A DNA stretch of 29,397 nucleotides, taken from the NCBI GenBank assembly GCA_036679605.1, contig JAZDCZ010000302.1:1-29397 (forward strand), given 5' to 3'. This DNA comes from Gemmatimonadota bacterium. GTDB taxonomy: Bacteria > Gemmatimonadota > Gemmatimonadetes > Gemmatimonadales > GWC2-71-9. Positions within the stretch are counted from its first letter, which is position 1. Each line of letters begins with the position of its first letter. Below are positions 27,501 through 29,397 of this stretch, piece by piece. A program made the translations under genes and the position numbers. The notes beneath the pieces were generated by a model. The model was not told the DNA's origin. It did no database searches and was given only the letters and a program-made list of their open reading frames with translations.

Positions 27501-27999
27501 TCTCCCGCTGCCACTGAAAGCTGAGATTGGCGGGCGTGACGATGAGCGTTCGCCGTACCAGGCCGCGGGCCTTCATCTCTTTGAGAAGCAGGCCTGCCAT
27601 GATGGTTTTGCCCGCGCCGGGATCGTCGGCGAGTAGAAACCGAATCCGTGGCAGCTTCATGAAATATTCGTAGACTGCCTCCAGTTGATGCGGGAGCGGA
27701 TCGACCCGGGCGATGGACAGCGAGAAGTAGGGGTCATACTCGTAGGCTAAGCCAAGACGGTGGGCCTCGACGCCAAGCCGAAACAGGCGAGCGTCGCCGT
27801 CAAAGCCTACCTTCTGCGTTGTGACGCGCAGGGCAGAAACCTGGTCCGAGGCGAGGATCGGATCGTGCGTCAGGCCGGACTTGAGCCCCTTGCCGATGAG
27901 CTTCAGTGAATCGCCCATCTCGATTGCCGCAATCACCTCGATCGGCTCTGGAAGAAGCGGCCCGCTCACGATGCAGCCAGGTTGGATTTTTGGTTGCAC
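24562..27999 (-). CDS. SNF2-family helicase fused to a DUF3883 nuclease-like domain
   Basis: 1145 aa. GTG start with GGAGG RBS. LADDPGAGKT, DEAH, TATPH, TEAAGEGINLQ, EQRVGRIHR. C-terminal GFDLISR..FIEVKGR..TTNEY..YWLYVV. Confidence 0.93.
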   Translation of the reverse strand: MQPKIQPGCIVSGPLLPEPIEVIAAIEMGDSLKLIGKGLKSGLTHDPILASDQVSALRVTTQKVGFDGDARLFRLGVEAHRLGLAYEYDPYFSLSIARVDPLPHQLEAVYEYFMKLPRIRFLLADDPGAGKTIMAGLLLKEMKARGLVRRTLIVTPANLSFQWQREMQEKFRETFRVIRSAELRDNYGVNPWQEHDQAITSVSWVSRVEDARESLLRSRWDLVIVDEAHKMSAYADDRKTLAYRLGESLSAMTDHYLLMTATPHKGDPENFRRFLALLDADVYGAVESLEEAMRQNEAPFYLRRIKEALVTFPDPDTGEVKKLFTRREVRTAAFQLDGEELDFYDELTRYVEDQSIQASAEDDARGRAVGFTMALLQRRMASTIYAVRRTLERMRARREKILEDPEAYRKSQIEKRLPDDFDDLPEDEREEIIAQLEDVVASVDPAALRAEIARLSTLIDQAKVLETREIESKLARLREVLDELNIFNDPKIKLIVFTEHKDSLDFLAGDGRDGRPLGKLVEWGLQVTQIHGGMKIGDRDTPGSRIYAERDFRESAQILVATEAAGEGINLQFCWLMVNYDVPWNPVRLEQRVGRIHRYGQEHDCTIVNFVAVNTREGRVLQKLLERLREIRNELGSDQVFDVVGEIFPSNLLDRLFRELYARRTDLPSVEDRVVREVDTQRFRDITESALEGLAKRDLNLSAIVAKSIEAKERRLVPEVIEQFFIDAAPIAGITPKPTSKNGHAYRIGKVPRMLIPLGTELERRFGKLGREYGKIAFDKELLKVDSTLEWVTPGHALFEVVRGDVLGRTEDHIRRGAVFFDLHRSDPRLLDLFAASIRDGRGQTLHRQLFVVETGMDGSRNLRAPTVFLDVSPAPIRTAVPECDDAVYDRNASESFLLEARLQPWLRETVDDRHKQLGVVARHVDISLNALIDRQQRQLADYLNRQVAGQTVTGLDGLIAQAEQHLDDLNNRLDSRRREIDLERHCTIADLTLLGRAWVLPHPDRDKPDVARMVSNSEIEQIAIRVAIEHEEARGFAVESVEAQNRGFDLISRRPHPEDPNTAVEVRFIEVKGRAGVGDVAVTTNEYRAAERLKDDYWLYVVFDCASTPKLHTVRNPATLGWQPIVAVEHYAVTPDEIRSKAEG

Positions 28000-28184
28000 G
28001 CTGCATCCTCCACCCTCTTAGATGGGTGTCACTCCGCACGCTAGGTGGCAGCGATTGGCCGACTGAGGTATCGCAGTTGCGAGTGTAACCGCTCGGGTCG
28101 GCGTGTACAGCGCGGGGATCGTCCACATCGTGAGTTGGGCCGGTCCGACGCAATGTCTGATCAGGCATTCGATTCGCCTATCTA

Positions 28185-29280
28185 TTGATGCCTGAATAGT
28201 TAAACAAATCCGTTCATGTTTGCCGACCTATGGGTACATGAGAACATGCGGCAGTCCGGCGGAATTGGAGCGGCAGCGGTTTCGAGCCATCGAACTGCTG
28301 GCTGCGGGACATCGACCCAGCACGGTCGCCGACCTGCTCGGCGTTGCGCGGAGTTCAGTCTCCATCTGGAAGAAGAACCACGAACGCGACGGTCCCGAGG
28401 GATTGAGAGCCAAGCCGCATCCCGGCCCGGCGACGAAACTGAGCGCCAAGCAGCGGGACAAACTCGCCAAGCTACTGCTGAAAGGCGCGCGGGCGCATGG
28501 TTACCACACGGAACTCTGGACGCTCCTGCGCGTGGCCGATCTGATCGAAAAGCACTTCGGCGTGATCTACGAATCGTCGAGCGTGTGGCACGTGTTGAAC
28601 CGTATGGGTTGGAGTTGTCAAAAGCCCGAGCGCCGCGCCCGGGAGCGCAACGAAGAAGCCATTGCGCAGTGGCGAAGGAAGGATTGGCCGCGGATAAAAA
28701 AACGCCGCACGAACCGGACGTAGCATCGTATTCACCGATGAGAGCGGCTTCATGCTGCAACCGGTGGTGCGTCGGACTTGGTCGCCGCGTGGACAGACGC
28801 CGGTGCATTACAGTTGGGATCGCCGCGATCGGCTTTCGGTGGCCTCGGCGCTCACCGTCTCGCCCCGTCGTCGGCGAATGGGGCTCTATTTCGACATCTT
28901 CGACCACAACATTCGGACCGACGATTTCGAGCAGTTCGTCGTGCAACTGCTGCGTTGTCTTCGGCATGGATTCATCCTCGTGCTGGATCGCTGGTCGGTG
29001 CATCGCTCTGCCGCACGACGATTGCTCGACCGCTTCGGCCGCCGTCTGCAAATCGAATGGTTGCCGCCCTACGCCCCGGACCTCAATCCGGTGGAGGCCG
29101 TATGGCAACACAGCAAGCACGCGGAGTTGGCGAACTACATCCCGGAGGACGTCGATGATCTGGACTGGCAAATACAATTGTCGATGCATCGCATCCGCGG
29201 CCGACAAGCGCTCCTCCGATCGTTCTTCAAGCGAGCAGGACTCAAACTGTAAGTCGTTTGTTTATCCGCTCAAGGATCAA
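28185..29280 (+). mobile_element. Complete IS630-family element (~1.1 kb) with TA target duplication
   Basis: Left end TTGATGCCTGAATAGTTAAACAAA versus reverse complement of right end TTGATCCTTGAGCGGATAAACAAA. TA at 28183-28184 and 29281-29282. Confidence 0.9.
28238..29252 (+). CDS. IS630 transposase in two frames (HTH orfA 28238-28723; DDE orfB to 29252), joined by a frameshift at A7 28696-28702
   Basis: orfA has HTH/winged-HTH (VADLLGVARSSV..WTL..GWSCQKPERRARERNE). The orfB frame reads IVFTDESGF..LVLDRWSVH..LPPYAPDLNPVEAVW (D,D,E). Confidence 0.88.
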
Positions 29281-29295
29281 TAGCCACCGCCCCGG

Positions 29296-29397
29296 TCAGC
29301 CCGAGGCGGTGTCGTGCGCCCTTCGAACGGGCGTCGACTCGTGTTCGATCACGGCGCCGGGGTCCGGCGGATCATCGTCGGGCAACTCGCTGACCCA
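29296..29397 (-). CDS. Possible 3' end of an upstream gene (partial)
   Basis: Open from the window edge: WVSELPDDDPPDPGAVIEHESTPVRRAHDTASG*, same strand as the defence operon. Too short to verify. Confidence 0.35.
   Translation of the reverse strand, partial: WVSELPDDDPPDPGAVIEHESTPVRRAHDTASG

Noticed and set aside
28085..28098. GTAACCGCTCGGG as a partner IS66 end for position 113
   Set aside because: Poor match to GTAACATTTCAGCC, wrong geometry to enclose the island, and no IS66 genes follow.
28200..29283. 335-aa minus and 355-aa plus ORFs across the IS
   Set aside because: Alternative frames of the IS630 transposase; the HTH and DDE motifs lie in the other two plus frames.

Overview
A GC-rich bacterial accessory/defence island, almost all on the minus strand; the host is possibly Planctomycetota (inferred only from protein style). 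Left to right: the right end of an IS66-like element truncating a tyrosine-recombinase gene; a translationally coupled three-gene operon (SMC/ABC-type coiled-coil ATPase, soluble HEAT-repeat histidine kinase, response regulator with two putative DNA-binding domains) with a structured upstream operator-like site; two convergent lipoproteins; a 2066-aa secreted Cys-rich repeat protein; a 13.4-kb seven-gene DUF499 ATPase / DUF1156 methyltransferase / SNF2-DUF3883 restriction-like (BREX-related) locus with four extra candidate effectors interleaved (two PD-(D/E)XK-like nucleases, a PIN protein, a membrane protein); and a complete IS630 element. The best candidate for an undescribed system is the ATPase-HEAT kinase-regulator operon; the multi-effector DUF499 locus is second. 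All family assignments come from motif recognition by eye; no searches were run.
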